Origin: an uncultured Chloroflexia bacterium
GTDB taxonomy: Bacteria > Chloroflexota > Limnocylindria > Limnocylindrales > CSP1-4
Assembly (NCBI GenBank): GCA_963748625.1
Contig: CAVVJT010000010.1
Location: 96,001 to 160,000 of the forward strand
Reading direction: 5' to 3'
DNA length: 64,000 nucleotides
Position numbers and translations under genes: made by a program. This document shows, piece by piece, positions 45,418-59,447 of the stretch. Every line of letters begins with the position of its first letter. The stretch's first letter is position 1. The notes under the pieces are model-generated. The model had not been told where the DNA came from and did no database searches. It worked only from the letters and a program-made list of their open reading frames with translations.

Positions 45418-46654
45418 ATGCACGACCACGCGACCAGGGGGACTGGAGGCCGGGGCGACCCCGTGCTGCGGATCGCCTGCGCGGTGCTCCTGTTGCTGAT
45501 GCCGGTCGCGTGCGACGACTCGGCCGACGGCGCGACCGGTGACCCTGGCAACGTCGGCCAGACGATCGGCCCGGGCGCGTCGACGACGGCTGGGGGTGGA
45601 GGTACAGGCCAGGCCGGCGGAGCGTCATTCGACGAGCTGCTCACCGTGCTCGCGACGGGCGACACATGGGATCGGGTGGCGGCGATCGGGGCTCTCGCGG
45701 ACCTCGGCAATGCGGCGGCCGTCCCCGCCGTGACCGCGGCGCTGGCCGATGCGTCATGGGACGTGCGCCTGGCCGCGGCGACCGCGCTGGGGACCCTGGG
45801 CGACGATCGCGCCGTGGGCGGACTGGCGGCGCTGCTTGGCGAGGCGCTCGATGTGTCCAGTGTCGATCCGGCCGACCAGCCGACCGCCCAGGAGGCAGCA
45901 GCAGCCGCGGTCGATGCCCTCGGAGCGATCGGCGATCCCGGTCCAGCCGGATCCCTGGCGGCGATCCTGGCCGACGGGACGCCTGGGGTGGGCGTGGAGC
46001 GGGTGAGCGCGGCCCTCGTGGCGATCGGCCCGGGCGGGATTCCGGGCATCAGGCGCGCGATCAGGGAAGCCTCTGCACCAGGCGCCGCCCGGATCGTGGC
46101 GGTCCTCGGGCGGATTCGGGCGACCCGCGCTCGACGCCCTCGCGGATCTCGTGCGCGACAAGCGGACAGCCGTGCGGGTCGCCGCCGCTGAGGCGCTCGG
46201 GAACCTCGATGCTGATGCCGTCCCGGTCCTGCTCAAGGCGCTCAAGGACGGATCGGACGATGTGCGCGTCGCCGCGGCACGCTCGCTCGGGAGCATCGGG
46301 AGCACGAAGGCGACCGGGGGCCTGGTCCGCCTGCTGTCCGACAGCAACACGCGGCGAGCTGCGGTCGGCGCGCTGGTGAAGATCCACCGGGACAACGCGA
46401 CGCCGCTGGTGAAGTACCTCGCCAACAAGGACAGCGTCCAGGTCTATCGCCCGCTCATCAAGATCGGGCAGGACAACACGGTTGGAGCCCTCGCAAAGGC
46501 GCTCAAGCGCTACGGAACCAAGACGATGGGCGAGACATTCCTCAATTGCGGCCAGCCGCGCCTGGAGAAGGCAGCGAAGGAGTGGGCAAGGGCCCACGGG
46601 TACATCGTCGTCCCGAGCGGCTTCGCCGGCGAGGAGGCCTGGGGCGTGCCCTGA
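45418..46654 (+). CDS. HEAT-repeat lipoprotein; frameshift near 46120-46150
   Basis: Lipobox MPVAC, VRxAAAxALG repeats, C-terminal FLNCGQPRLEKAAKEWA. Confidence 0.8.
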
Positions 46655-46750
46655 TCGGCGCCTGCTCAATGGCGGAGACGCCGGCCTCGAGGAGAACGCG
46701 CGGGCCGTCGGGGAGCGGGAAGAAGTCGTCCGAGGCAGCCGCGTCGCGCC

Positions 46751-48745
46751 CTACGGCATCGGGAAGACGAGCGTCACGTTGCGCGGCCCGCCGGTGATCG
46801 TCACGGTTCCACCATCGAGCGTGCCGGAGTAGTCGTACTCCGGGTTGCCGTTGCTGAAGGCGAACGTCCGCCCGTCAAAGGTGCCGGTGGCGTCGGCGGC
46901 CATGAACTCCTGGTCGGTGCAGTTGGCCCACAGGCCGGCCTTGCCCTGGAACGAGTCGGGATCGCCGCCGGTCGCGAAGAACGAGAGGGTGACCTCGGCA
47001 GGGCAGGTGACGGCACTTTCGGCCCCGCCGATCGGCATGTCGACGTTGACGGTGATCGACACCGGCTCGCCCGACAGGTCCGGTGTCGGCGTCGGCACGA
47101 CCTCGCCTCGGATGACCGTGAAGCGCTCATAGCCGGCCCACAGGCCGGCGTCGCCCGGGGTGTTGCGAACCAGCCAGATGCCGAACTGGTTCTCGCCCAT
47201 GGCCAGGTCGGCGTTGTTGGAGCCGATCAGCGCCGAGCTGTCGACCACCATGGAGTACGTCCGGTCGGCCGGCTGGGCGACGTCGTACTGGAGGGAGATC
47301 CACTCGGTCTCGGCCGGGACGGTCACCACCGGGGCGAAGGGGCCGAGGTCAGCATACGAGCCGTCGTCCTTCTGGTGGGCGAACCCCGGGACGGTATCGG
47401 TGAAGGTGTCGTCGCCGATGGTCCCGGCGTCGAACTCGTTCCAGCGGGCGGCCATCGCGTCGTTGGAGACGAGCAGCTCACGGGCCATGAAGGCGAAGCC
47501 GGTGTATGAGCTCTGGGTCCCATTCGCCCTCGTTCCGGCCAGGTAGGGGGCGAGGGTCCCCGAGGCTGGGTCGAAGGAGATCGAGCGCATCCGGGCGGGC
47601 TTGTTGGGGTCGGCCACGTTGAGGCGGGTGGCGCTGGCACGGTAGACGATCATGGCGTGGGCACCGCCGTCGGGATCGTCGGCGTACACGAGCTGCGGGG
47701 CGCCGGTCAGGGCAATCCAGCTGCGGAAGGCGGCGAAGGTGGTGGCCGGGTCCGCCTTGGCCGATGCGATCATCACGCGGACCGCCCCGGCCTGGTTGTT
47801 GGTCTGGTAGTCGCGTTGGACCATCGAGGCCAGCTTGATGCCGTCGGCGTCGTCCTGCCAGAACCCCGGGGTCCGTCCGCCCCCGTCGTTGTCGTAGAGG
47901 CCGAACAGCGGAGCTGCGCCACTGCCGGCCCGCCGCTCGGTGTAGTACCAGTACGCCGAGGCGGTTGCCCCGAAGCAGAAACCGCCCGGCGTCAGGGCCG
48001 ACCCGTAGTTGGGGAACTGCCAGTCGTCGGTGCCGGGGCGGAATCCGGAGTCGATGACCTCGGGCAGCGGTCCGATGGGCACCACGAAGGTCAGCACCGC
48101 CGGGAACATCGTCACGGCCACGGTGATGCTGGTCGCATTGGCGGCGAGGATGGTCAGGGGCGTCAGGACCCCGGTGCCCGGGTCGAGATGACCGGCGAGG
48201 GCGACCTCGTCCGGTCCGGTTGCGATCGGGATGGTCATCGTGACCGGGACGGCAGGCTCCAGTCCGCCGAGCCCGACTTCGGTCAACGAGACCGGCCTGA
48301 CCGTGATCGCCAGCGGTGATCCGTCCGGGCGACCGATGGAGGTAACGGGCGATTCGGTCACCGTGACTGCCGTGTCGTCGGGCAGCGCAGACGCCGGGAA
48401 GACGAGGCTCGTACCGCCGGGGGTGGCGACCGTGCCACCGGACGATCCAATCGTCGTGGTGGTGCCGGTCGGGCTGCCCGTCTGGGTGATGACGGTGAAG
48501 GGCGGGGCGGGCATCGATCCCGGCCCAAGCTCATCCTGGGCCAGCGGGTCGGTCTCATCCAGCGACGGGACGTGGATCGTTGGCGCGGGCTGCGTCGGAG
48601 CCAGCGATGCACCGGCCGGCGGGCTTGGCGGCGGCCCGGGTGGGATCGTCGACGCGCTGCTCCCACCGCAGGCGACCACGAGAACAACCACCAAGAGGAT
48701 GGCCAGGAGCGCTGGCTGACTCCGGCGGGCTGATCGCTGGTCCAT
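46751..48745 (-). CDS. Lipoprotein with putative papain/transglutaminase-like Cys-His-Asp domain
   Basis: Lipobox VVAC; WQFPNYG...GFCFG, HAMIVY, VADPN. Confidence 0.7.
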   Translation of the reverse strand: MDQRSARRSQPALLAILLVVVLVVACGGSSASTIPPGPPPSPPAGASLAPTQPAPTIHVPSLDETDPLAQDELGPGSMPAPPFTVITQTGSPTGTTTTIGSSGGTVATPGGTSLVFPASALPDDTAVTVTESPVTSIGRPDGSPLAITVRPVSLTEVGLGGLEPAVPVTMTIPIATGPDEVALAGHLDPGTGVLTPLTILAANATSITVAVTMFPAVLTFVVPIGPLPEVIDSGFRPGTDDWQFPNYGSALTPGGFCFGATASAYWYYTERRAGSGAAPLFGLYDNDGGGRTPGFWQDDADGIKLASMVQRDYQTNNQAGAVRVMIASAKADPATTFAAFRSWIALTGAPQLVYADDPDGGAHAMIVYRASATRLNVADPNKPARMRSISFDPASGTLAPYLAGTRANGTQSSYTGFAFMARELLVSNDAMAARWNEFDAGTIGDDTFTDTVPGFAHQKDDGSYADLGPFAPVVTVPAETEWISLQYDVAQPADRTYSMVVDSSALIGSNNADLAMGENQFGIWLVRNTPGDAGLWAGYERFTVIRGEVVPTPTPDLSGEPVSITVNVDMPIGGAESAVTCPAEVTLSFFATGGDPDSFQGKAGLWANCTDQEFMAADATGTFDGRTFAFSNGNPEYDYSGTLDGGTVTITGGPRNVTLVFPMP

Positions 48746-48876
48746 GAACGCGATGATCCTGCATCGGCCGTCCGCGTCAAGGGAACGAAGCCCCATATTC
48801 GCGGTCGACTGTCGCCCGTCGCGCGGTCGCGGCGCGCCACCTGCCGTCGGGCGTGCCAGTCCCGCGAGGAGACCGC

Positions 48877-51154
48877 TCAGTGGCGGAAGTGGCGCCGCCC
48901 GGTCACCAGCATCGTCGCGCCCGCGCGCTCGACGTCCACCAGGACCTCCGCGTCACGCACGGAGCCGCCGGGCTGGACGATCGCGGTGACGCCGGCCTCT
49001 AGGAGCACGCGCGGGCCGTCCGGGAACGGGAAGAAGGCATCCGACGCGGCCACCGCTCCCGTCGCGCCAGCCTCGCCCTGGAACTGGCGTGCCTTCTCCA
49101 CCGCGCCACGACAGGCGTCGACGCGGCTCACCTGGCCTGACCCGAGGCCCACCAGCATCCCGTCGCGAACGAGGAGGATCGCGTTGGACACCACGCCGCG
49201 GCAAAGGCGCCAGGCGAGGTCGAGGTCGGCCAGCTCGCGTGCTGTCGGCTGGCGCGAGGTCGTGCACACCCACTCGGCGGGGTCGTCCGGCAGGGTGTCG
49301 GGCGCCGTCACGAGCACGCCGCCGCCCGCGGTCCGGAACGAGCCCAGCCAGTCGACGGCCGTCGCCGAGGGGCGCGGGGCGTCCGCGTCCGCGTCCGCGT
49401 CCGTGCCCGCGTCCAGCGACGCGTCCAGGACCAGCCGCAGGTTCGGCTTGGTCGCGAGCACCTCGAGAGCCGCCTCGTCGAACCACGGGGCCACCACCAC
49501 CTCGAGGAAGATCGACACCAGCCGCTCGGCCAGCGCCCGGTCCACCGTGGCGGTGATCGCCACCACGCCCCCGAACGCCGACACGGGATCGCCGGCCAGC
49601 GCCGCCTCCCAGGCCTCGAGCAGGGTCGGGCGCTCGGCCGCGCCGCACGGGTTGGTGTGCTTGACGATGACGACGGCCGGACCGCGCATCAGACGCCCGA
49701 GCGCAGCGGCGGCCGAGGCGTCGAGGACGTTGTTGTACGAGAGAGCCTTGCCCTGGAGCGGTGGCTCACCACTCGTGAACGGACCCTCGCCGAAGCGGGG
49801 CTCCCGGTCGGTGCGCCGGTAGCGGGCGGCCGGCTGGTGGGGGTTCTCCCCGTACCGGCAGCGTCTCCACCTTCTCCATCGAGATGGTGAGGACCGGCGG
49901 GTACGGGTCTTCGGATCCGGGCAGGCCCGGGTCCGGCGGGAGGGGCACGCCGGCCTCGAACATCCGGCACGGCAGCTCAGCCGCGATCCGGGCGTCGTAG
50001 GCGGCGGTGTGGCGGAAGGCCTCGATGGCCAAGACGGACCTGAGGCCGAGCGGGACGGCACCATGCTCGTCGAGGGCCGCGAGGATGGCGTCGTAGCGGG
50101 ACGGTGACGTGACGATCGCCACGGACGCGTGGTTCTTGGCGGCGGCGCGGACCATGGACGGCCCGCCGATGTCGATCTCCTCCACCAGCTTGTCGAACGT
50201 GATCCCGGGCTTCCGGGCAGCCGCCGCGAACGGATAGAGGTTGACGACGACGAGATCGAATGGCGCGATCCCCGCGCCAAGCAGGGCTTCGCGGTGGTCC
50301 GCGCGCCGGCGGTCGGCGAGGAGGCCGGCATGGACGCGGGGGTGGAGCGTCTTCACGCGGCCGTCGAGCATCTCCGGGAAGCCGGTGACGGCCGCGACGT
50401 CGGTGACCGGCAGGCCGGCCTCTCGCAGGGCACGTGCGGTACCACCCGTGGACACGAGCTCCCAGCCGCGAGCGACGAGACCACGACCCAAGCCCGCCAG
50501 ACCGGTCTTGTCGGAGACCGACAGGAGAGCGCGACGCGCGACGGGGATGGCAGCATCGGCGGCTGCCGGCGAGAACGAGGCTCGCCGGGCGCCCGGTTGG
50601 ACCGTGATGGCGCCCGCCAGCAGGCCCGCGACGGCAGCGGGCAGCAGCCGGTGCTCGACGGGGTGGATCCGGGCAGCCAGCGTCGCCTCCGTGTCACCCG
50701 CCAACACCGGCACGGCCTCCTGGGCCACGATCGGCCCGCCGTCGAGCGTGGCATCGACCAGGTGCACGGTCACGCCGGTGACGGCGACCCCGGCCGCCAG
50801 GGCGTCGGCGATGCCGTGCAGGCCCGGGAACGACGGGAGCAGCGAGGGGTGGACGTTGAGGATGCGGCCGCCGAACCTGGCGAGGACGTCCGGTCCGACG
50901 AGTCGCAGGTAGCCGGCGAGGACCACGACATCCGGGGCGACAGCCGCCAGGGTCTCCGCGAGGACCGTGTCGTCGCCACCCGGGACCAGGATCGTCTCGA
51001 TCCCCTGCTCCGCCGCCCAGTCGAGGCCCGCACACGGGCGGTCGGCGAAGACGAGAACCACGTCGCCGCCCAGGTCACCGCGCCGCGCGGCGGCGACGAG
51101 CGCCCGCAGGTTGGACCCGGTGCCGCTGACCCCGACCGCGATCGTCCCGCTCAC
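48877..51154 (-). CDS. purH: PurN-PurH fusion (GAR transformylase, IMP cyclohydrolase, AICAR transformylase); frameshift near 49860
   Basis: SGTGSNL, NVHPSLLP, DGGPI in frame with RRALLSVSDK, GRVKTLHP, IDIGGP; then YGENPHQ, KHTNPCG, SDAFFPF, RHFRH. Confidence 0.9.
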
Positions 51155-52290
51155 CGTTCCACCTCCAGGTATCGCCCGCCGATCGCCGCCGCTCCGGTCA
51201 CGTCACCGATGACCCAGGCCTCGATGCCGAGGGCCCGCGACACCTCCACCGCGGCCGCTGCACCCGCCGCGGGCACGACCGCGATCATCCCGATCCCGGC
51301 ATTGAACGTGGCACGCAGCTCCGTGTCGCCGAGCCGCCCCAGCACGCCCAGCACCCGGAATACCGTGGGCATCGTCCACGACGAGATGTTCACGCGGGCG
51401 CCAAGGTGCTCCGGCAGCGCCCGCGGCACGTTGCCGGGCAGCCCGCCACCCGTGATGTGGGCGAAGCCGCGGACCTCGTGTCCGGCGGCCTCGAGGGTCG
51501 TGCGCATCGTGAGCAGCTGCTTCGCGTACACGCGGGTCGGCGTGAGCAGGACGTCACCCAGCGAAGCGTCGATCAGGTCCGGGGCCTCCAGGAGCTGCAG
51601 CGCCGACATCGAGCAGCCCAACGCCCGGCACGCGAGCCCGCCCCACGGCTGGTCGTAGGCGAGACGCTGGTCCGCGACGATCCGGCGCACCAGCGAGTAG
51701 CCATTGGCGTGCAGGCCGGATGACGCGAGGCCCACGATGCAATCGCCCGCCTGTGCCGCCGACCCGTCCAGCAGCCGCGACCGTTCGCCCACCCCGGTGC
51801 AGAAGCCCGCGAGGTCGAACTCGTCGGGCTCCATGAGGCCTGGGTGCTCCGCGGTCTCCCCGCCCACGAGGGCGGCCCCGGCCTGGCGGCAGCCCTCGGC
51901 GATCCCCGACACCAGCGACGCGACGCGCTCCGGGTCCAGCCTCCCGATCGCGATGTAGTCCAGGAACGCGACCGGCTCCGCGCCCGTGCACGCGACGTCA
52001 TCCGCGCACATCGCCACGAGGTCGATGCCGATCGTGTCGTAGCGCCCGACGGCAGCGGCGATCGCGGTCTTCGTGCCCACGCCGTCGGTCGACGAGATGA
52101 TGACCGGCTCCCGGTACCCGGCCGGGATCGTGAACCCCGAGCCGAAGCCGCCCAGGCCGCCGACGATCTCCGGACGCATCGTGGAGGCGACCGACGACCG
52201 CATGAGCTCCACGGCGCGCTCCCCCGCCTCCACGTCTACGCCCGACGCGGCGTAGGCGGACCGCTCGGCCGCCCCCTTCACCCCGCTCAT
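51151..52290 (-). CDS. purM: AIR synthetase
   Basis: YAASGVD, TDGVGTK, GGETAEHPG, SSGLHANGYSL, HITGGG. Confidence 0.96.
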   Translation of the reverse strand: MSGVKGAAERSAYAASGVDVEAGERAVELMRSSVASTMRPEIVGGLGGFGSGFTIPAGYREPVIISSTDGVGTKTAIAAAVGRYDTIGIDLVAMCADDVACTGAEPVAFLDYIAIGRLDPERVASLVSGIAEGCRQAGAALVGGETAEHPGLMEPDEFDLAGFCTGVGERSRLLDGSAAQAGDCIVGLASSGLHANGYSLVRRIVADQRLAYDQPWGGLACRALGCSMSALQLLEAPDLIDASLGDVLLTPTRVYAKQLLTMRTTLEAAGHEVRGFAHITGGGLPGNVPRALPEHLGARVNISSWTMPTVFRVLGVLGRLGDTELRATFNAGIGMIAVVPAAGAAAAVEVSRALGIEAWVIGDVTGAAAIGGRYLEVER

Positions 52291-53728
52291 GCCGGCCCTA
52301 CCGTCTTCTCGAGCACGAACTTGCGCTCGGCGACGTCGTAGGGCACGGGTTCCGGGTAGCGCCCGTCGAAGCAGGCGAAGCAGAACCGGTCGTACGGGAG
52401 GTCGAGGGCGGCGAGCACGCCCTGCACCGACAGGTAGCCCAGCGAGTCCGCGCCCACGTACTCCCGGATCTCCTCGACCGAGTGGGTGGACGCGATGAGC
52501 TCGGTCTCGATGGCCGTGTCGATGCCGTAGAAGCAGGGGTGGAAGATCGGCGGGGCGCTGATCCGGAGGTGGACCTCGGCGGCGCCGGCCCGGCGCAGGA
52601 GCGCCACGATCTGCTTGGTGGTGGTGCCACGCACGATGGAGTCGTCCACGACCACGAGGCGCTTGTCGCGGATGATCTCCCGCAGCGGCGAGAGCTTGAC
52701 GTTCACGCCGCGCTGGCGCATCGCCTGGGACGGCTGGATGAACGTCCGCCCGCTGTACCGGTTGCGGACGAGGCCCTCGCGGTACGGGATTCCCGACGCC
52801 TCCGCGAATCCCACCGCCGCAGGGGCGCCCGTGTCGGGCACCGGCATCACGAGATCCGCAACCGCCGGGTGCTCCGCGGCGAGCTGCATCCCCATCCGGC
52901 GGCGCGCCTCGTAGAGGTTCACGCCCTCCATGTACGAGTCCGGGCGGGCGAAGTAGATCAGCTCGAACACGCACAGGGCGGGCGTCGCCTCGGCGTAGCG
53001 GAACGACACCGGGTCCTTGCCCACCTCGAGCACCACGATCTCGCCGGGCTCCACGTCGCGCACGTAGTCCGCGCCGGTGATGTCGAGCGCCGCCGTCTCG
53101 GACGCGAGGATCCAGCCGCCGGACGCCTCGCCCCAGAGGCCCGGGGTATCCCCCACCGGCGAGTTCAGGCGACCCAGGACGAGGGGCCGGAAGCCGTGCG
53201 GATCGCGCACGCCGATGACGTGCGAGCCATCCATGACCACCAGGCTGAAGGCGCCGCGGACCCGGGGCAGGACCTTGCGGAGAGCGTCCACGGTGTCGTC
53301 CGCGACCTCGTCCGCAAGGAGCGCGGTCAGGAGCTCCGTGTCCGTGGTCGCCGGGAGGCGTCCGCGCCCTCCCTGCAACTGCTCGAGGAGCTCGCGCGTG
53401 TTGACGAGGTTGCCATTGTGGCTGACGGCGATGGACCGTCGCGGCCCGAGGCGCAGCGTGGGCTGGGCGTTCTCCCAGACCGTGCTGCCGGTGGTGGAGT
53501 AGCGGCAGTGCGCCACGGCCAGCTCGCCCGCGAGCGACGGGATCCGCCGCTCGTCGAGCACGTTGCCGACCATGCCCAGGTCCTTGTAGATCATCAGGTG
53601 GCCGCCGTCGGACACCCCGACCCCTGCCGACTCCTGGCCGCGGTGCTGGAGCGCGAACAGGGCGGTCGCCGCCGTCGCCGCGGCCTCGTGGCCGCGGTTG
53701 GGCAGGACCACCCCGACGACGCCGCACA

Positions 53729-53729
<1 letters not shown>
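52287..53729 (-). CDS. purF: Amidophosphoribosyltransferase
   Basis: MCG, LQHRGQESAG, RYSTTG, VVVDDSIVRGTT, CFYGID. Confidence 0.97.
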
Positions 53730-56109
<2,380 letters not shown>

Positions 56110-56113
<4 letters not shown>

Positions 56114-56886
56114 GCCGCACCTCCCGCGACAGGCGCCGGCCCGGGCGCCACGTTCGTGAAGCTGATCCGACCGGTCTGCGCCCACTCCTCGGCGGACACC
56201 ACCAGCGAGCGGATGATCCCGAGGCCGTCGTCCGAGCCGATGATCGCCTCCACCGCCGTCTCCGGGTGCGGCATCAGGCCCGCCACGTTGCCCGCGGCGT
56301 TGCGCACGCCGGCGATCCCGCGCAGCGACCCGTTGGGGTTGCCTGCGTCATCGGGCCCGGCGACCGAACCGTCCGGGTTCGCGTACCGCCACATCACCTG
56401 GCCGTCGGCCTCGAGGGCATCCAGCGTGGCCTCGTCCGCGTAGTAGCAGCCCTCGCCGTGGGCGACGGGCATGCGCAGCGGGCGCCTGCCCTGGAGCTCG
56501 CGGGTGAACGGCGTGTCGAGGTGCACGGGCAGGAGCGTGACCTCCTTGCAGACGAACCGGAGGCCACGGTTCCGCAGGAGGGCGCCCGGCACGAGGCGCG
56601 CCTCGGCGAGCACCTGGAAGCCGTTGCAGATGCCCAGGACCGGGCCGCCTCGCCCGGCGAAGTCCGCCACCGCCCGCATGACCGGGCTGAACCTCGCAAT
56701 CACACCGGCCCGCAGGTAGTCGCCGTAGGCGAAGCCGCCCGGCAGCAGGATCCCGGCCACGCCGGAGAGGTCCGCGTCCTCGTGCCACAGGACCACGGGC
56801 TCGGCGCCCGCGACCGTCAGGGCATTGACCGCGTCGATGTCACGGTTGGAGCCCGGGAACAGGACGATGCCGACCCGGACCGTCAT
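56110..56886 (-). CDS. purQ: FGAM synthase subunit PurQ
   Basis: [28 protein letters not shown]. Confidence 0.97.
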
Positions 56887-57182
56887 CCGCCCATCCCCGC
56901 GACCGCCCGGGCCTCTGTCTCGCCCAGCGGCTCGACCGTGAACTGTTCCATCAGGGGGTTGGACAAGAGCTCGCCCGCGAGGTGGTCGACGACGGCACGT
57001 GCGGCCGCCTCGTCGACGGCGGTCACGGTGAGCTCCACGCGCCGGCCGACCCGGACGCCGGTCACGCCGGTCACGCCGAGGTGCGGGAGGCTGCGCTCGA
57101 CCGCCTTGCCCTGGGGGTCGAGGATGCCGGGCTTGGGGGTGACGTTGACCGCGAAGCGGAAGGCCGGGCTGGTGTCGCTCAT
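56883..57182 (-). CDS. purS: FGAM synthase subunit PurS
   Basis: KPGILDPQGKAV, VRVGR, LLSNP. Confidence 0.95.
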   Translation of the reverse strand: MSDTSPAFRFAVNVTPKPGILDPQGKAVERSLPHLGVTGVTGVRVGRRVELTVTAVDEAAARAVVDHLAGELLSNPLMEQFTVEPLGETEARAVAGMGG

Positions 57183-58096
57183 CGGGCGAAGACGTCCTCC
57201 GAAAGGTAGCGGGCGAAGCTCGCCCCGGTGATGCGCTCGAATGCCTCGACGTAGCGCCCACGGGTGCCGGCGACCACGTTGTCCGGGAGCTCGGGCCCCG
57301 GTGCCGTCTTGTCCCACGGCTGCTGCTCCAGCCAGTCGCGGACGAACTGCTTGTCGTAACTGGCCTGGGCGCGGCCCGGCTCGTATGCCGCGGCCTCCCA
57401 GAACCGTGACGAGTCGGGGGTCATCACCTCGTCGATGAGGATGAGCTCCCCGTCAGGGGTGACGCCGAACTCGTACTTGGTGTCGGCGAGGATGATCCCC
57501 GCCCGCTCGCAGATGATCGACCCGCGCGCGTAGAGCGCGAGGGACGCGATCATGACCATGTTGGCGAGCCGGTGTCCGATGAGCTCGGCGACGCGACCCA
57601 TCGGGATGTTCTCGTCGTGCTGCCCGGCAGGTGCTTTCCAGGCGGGCGTGAAGACGGGCTCCGGCAGGCGGTCGGACTCGCGCAGGCCAGGCGGCAGCTC
57701 GATGCCGCACACGGTGCCCGAGGCCTGGTACTCCTTCCAGCCCGAGCCGCTGAGGTAGCCTCGAACGACGCACTCCACCGGGAGGACCTCGGCGCGGCGG
57801 CCCAGCATCATCCGCCCACGCAGGTCGGCAAGCACGCGTTCGTCGCCACCGGTGATGTCCTCGGGGAGATCGGCAGGATCCGTGGAGAGCAGGTGGCTCG
57901 CGATGATGTCCGCGGTCTGCGCGAACCAGAACCGCGAGAGGCCGGTCAGGACGCGGCCCTTGTCCGCGATCGGCGTGGGCAGGACCACGTCGAAGGCGGA
58001 CAGGCGGTCGCTCGCCACCAGCAGCAGCCGGTCTTCCCCCACTGCGTACAGGTCGCGGACCTTGCCGGACCGGACGAAGGCGTCAGCGAGCGCCAT
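57179..58096 (-). CDS. purC: SAICAR synthetase
   Basis: GKVRDLY, SDRLSAFD, ECVVRGYLSGS, DTKYEFG, TPDSSRFW. Confidence 0.97.
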   Translation of the reverse strand: MALADAFVRSGKVRDLYAVGEDRLLLVASDRLSAFDVVLPTPIADKGRVLTGLSRFWFAQTADIIASHLLSTDPADLPEDITGGDERVLADLRGRMMLGRRAEVLPVECVVRGYLSGSGWKEYQASGTVCGIELPPGLRESDRLPEPVFTPAWKAPAGQHDENIPMGRVAELIGHRLANMVMIASLALYARGSIICERAGIILADTKYEFGVTPDGELILIDEVMTPDSSRFWEAAAYEPGRAQASYDKQFVRDWLEQQPWDKTAPGPELPDNVVAGTRGRYVEAFERITGASFARYLSEDVFAR

Positions 58097-59447
58097 CGGA
58101 GCCTTCCCGTGCGTGTCCGAGCGGGGTTGACCGCTCGCGGACCTGGGCTTCGAGCGGCTCGAGACGCCCGATGATGGTCGGGACGTGGCGCATGACAACG
58201 TCGTCGTCGAAGCAGGCGTCGAGATCGGCCAGCGGCAGCTTCTGGGCGACCTCGGGATCGGTGGCCAGGAGGCCGTGCAGCGCGACCCGCTCGTCCGCGG
58301 CCCGCAACGCGCTGCGCTGGACGATGGCGTAGGCCTGCTCGCGGCTCATGCCGCCCTTCTCGACGAGGGCCAGGAGCACCCGCGAGGAGGCGTGCAGGCC
58401 ATGCCCGCGGTCGATGTTCTCGCGCATCCGCTCCGGCCGCACGACCAGCCCCTCGACCAGGCCCGTGGTCTTCGTGAGCATGTAGTCGAGCAGGATGGTC
58501 GCGTCGGGGAGGATCACGCGCTCGGCGCTGCTGTGGCTGATGTCGCGCTCGTGCCACAGGGGCTGGTTCTCGAAGGCGGTCGTCGCGTACCCGCGCAGGA
58601 GGCGCGCGAGCCCCGCGATCCGCTCGGACAGGATCGGATTGCGCTTGTGGGGCATCGCCGAGCTGCCCTTCTGGCCGCGCTTGAAGGGCTCCATGACCTC
58701 GGCGATCTCGGTGTGCTGGAGGTTGCGGACCTCGGTCGCGAGGCGCTCCAGGCTGCCGCCGATAATGGCGATGGCGGCGAGGAACGCGGCATGACGGTCG
58801 CGCTGCACGATCTGGGTGCTGACAGGATCGACCCGCAAGCCCAGGTCCGCCAGCACCTCGGCCTCGAGGTCCAGGCCCAGGTGCGAGTACGTCCCCACCG
58901 GGCCGCTGATCTTGCCCGTGCCGATCTCGGCGGTGGCTGCGGCCAGGCGGTCGCGGCCCCGGGCGACCTCGAATGCCCAGCCCGCGCACTTGAGGCCGAA
59001 GGTCGTGGGCTCAGCGTGGACGCTGTGGGTGCGGCCCATCATCACCGTGCCGGCCTCCTGGCGGGCCCGGGCGATGAGCGCGAGGATCAGGCGGTCCGCG
59101 CCGGCCAGGAGCTGCTCCCCCGCCGCCTTGAGCTGGAGCGCGAGGGCGGTGTCGACCACGTCCGAGCTGGTGAGGCCGAGATGCAGGAAGCGTCCCTCGG
59201 GACCCACAGTCTCGGCCACCTGCGACACGAACGCGATCACGTCGTGGTCGGTGGTCTGCTCGATCTCGTTGATCCGCTCGACGTTGACGACGGCGCGTCC
59301 CTCGATCGACGCGAGGGCAGCGGCGGGGACGAGGCCGCGCCTGACCTGCGCCCGGCATACAGCGATCTCCACGTCCAGCATCCGCCCGAAGCGGGCCTCC
59401 TCGGACCACAGGGCACCCATCGCGGGCAGCGTGTAGCGGCGGATCAT
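58083..59447 (-). CDS. purB: Adenylosuccinate lyase
   Basis: HLGLTSSD, GRTH, GSSAMPHKRNP, HERDISHS. Confidence 0.97.
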   Translation of the reverse strand: MIRRYTLPAMGALWSEEARFGRMLDVEIAVCRAQVRRGLVPAAALASIEGRAVVNVERINEIEQTTDHDVIAFVSQVAETVGPEGRFLHLGLTSSDVVDTALALQLKAAGEQLLAGADRLILALIARARQEAGTVMMGRTHSVHAEPTTFGLKCAGWAFEVARGRDRLAAATAEIGTGKISGPVGTYSHLGLDLEAEVLADLGLRVDPVSTQIVQRDRHAAFLAAIAIIGGSLERLATEVRNLQHTEIAEVMEPFKRGQKGSSAMPHKRNPILSERIAGLARLLRGYATTAFENQPLWHERDISHSSAERVILPDATILLDYMLTKTTGLVEGLVVRPERMRENIDRGHGLHASSRVLLALVEKGGMSREQAYAIVQRSALRAADERVALHGLLATDPEVAQKLPLADLDACFDDDVVMRHVPTIIGRLEPLEAQVRERSTPLGHAREGSDGAR

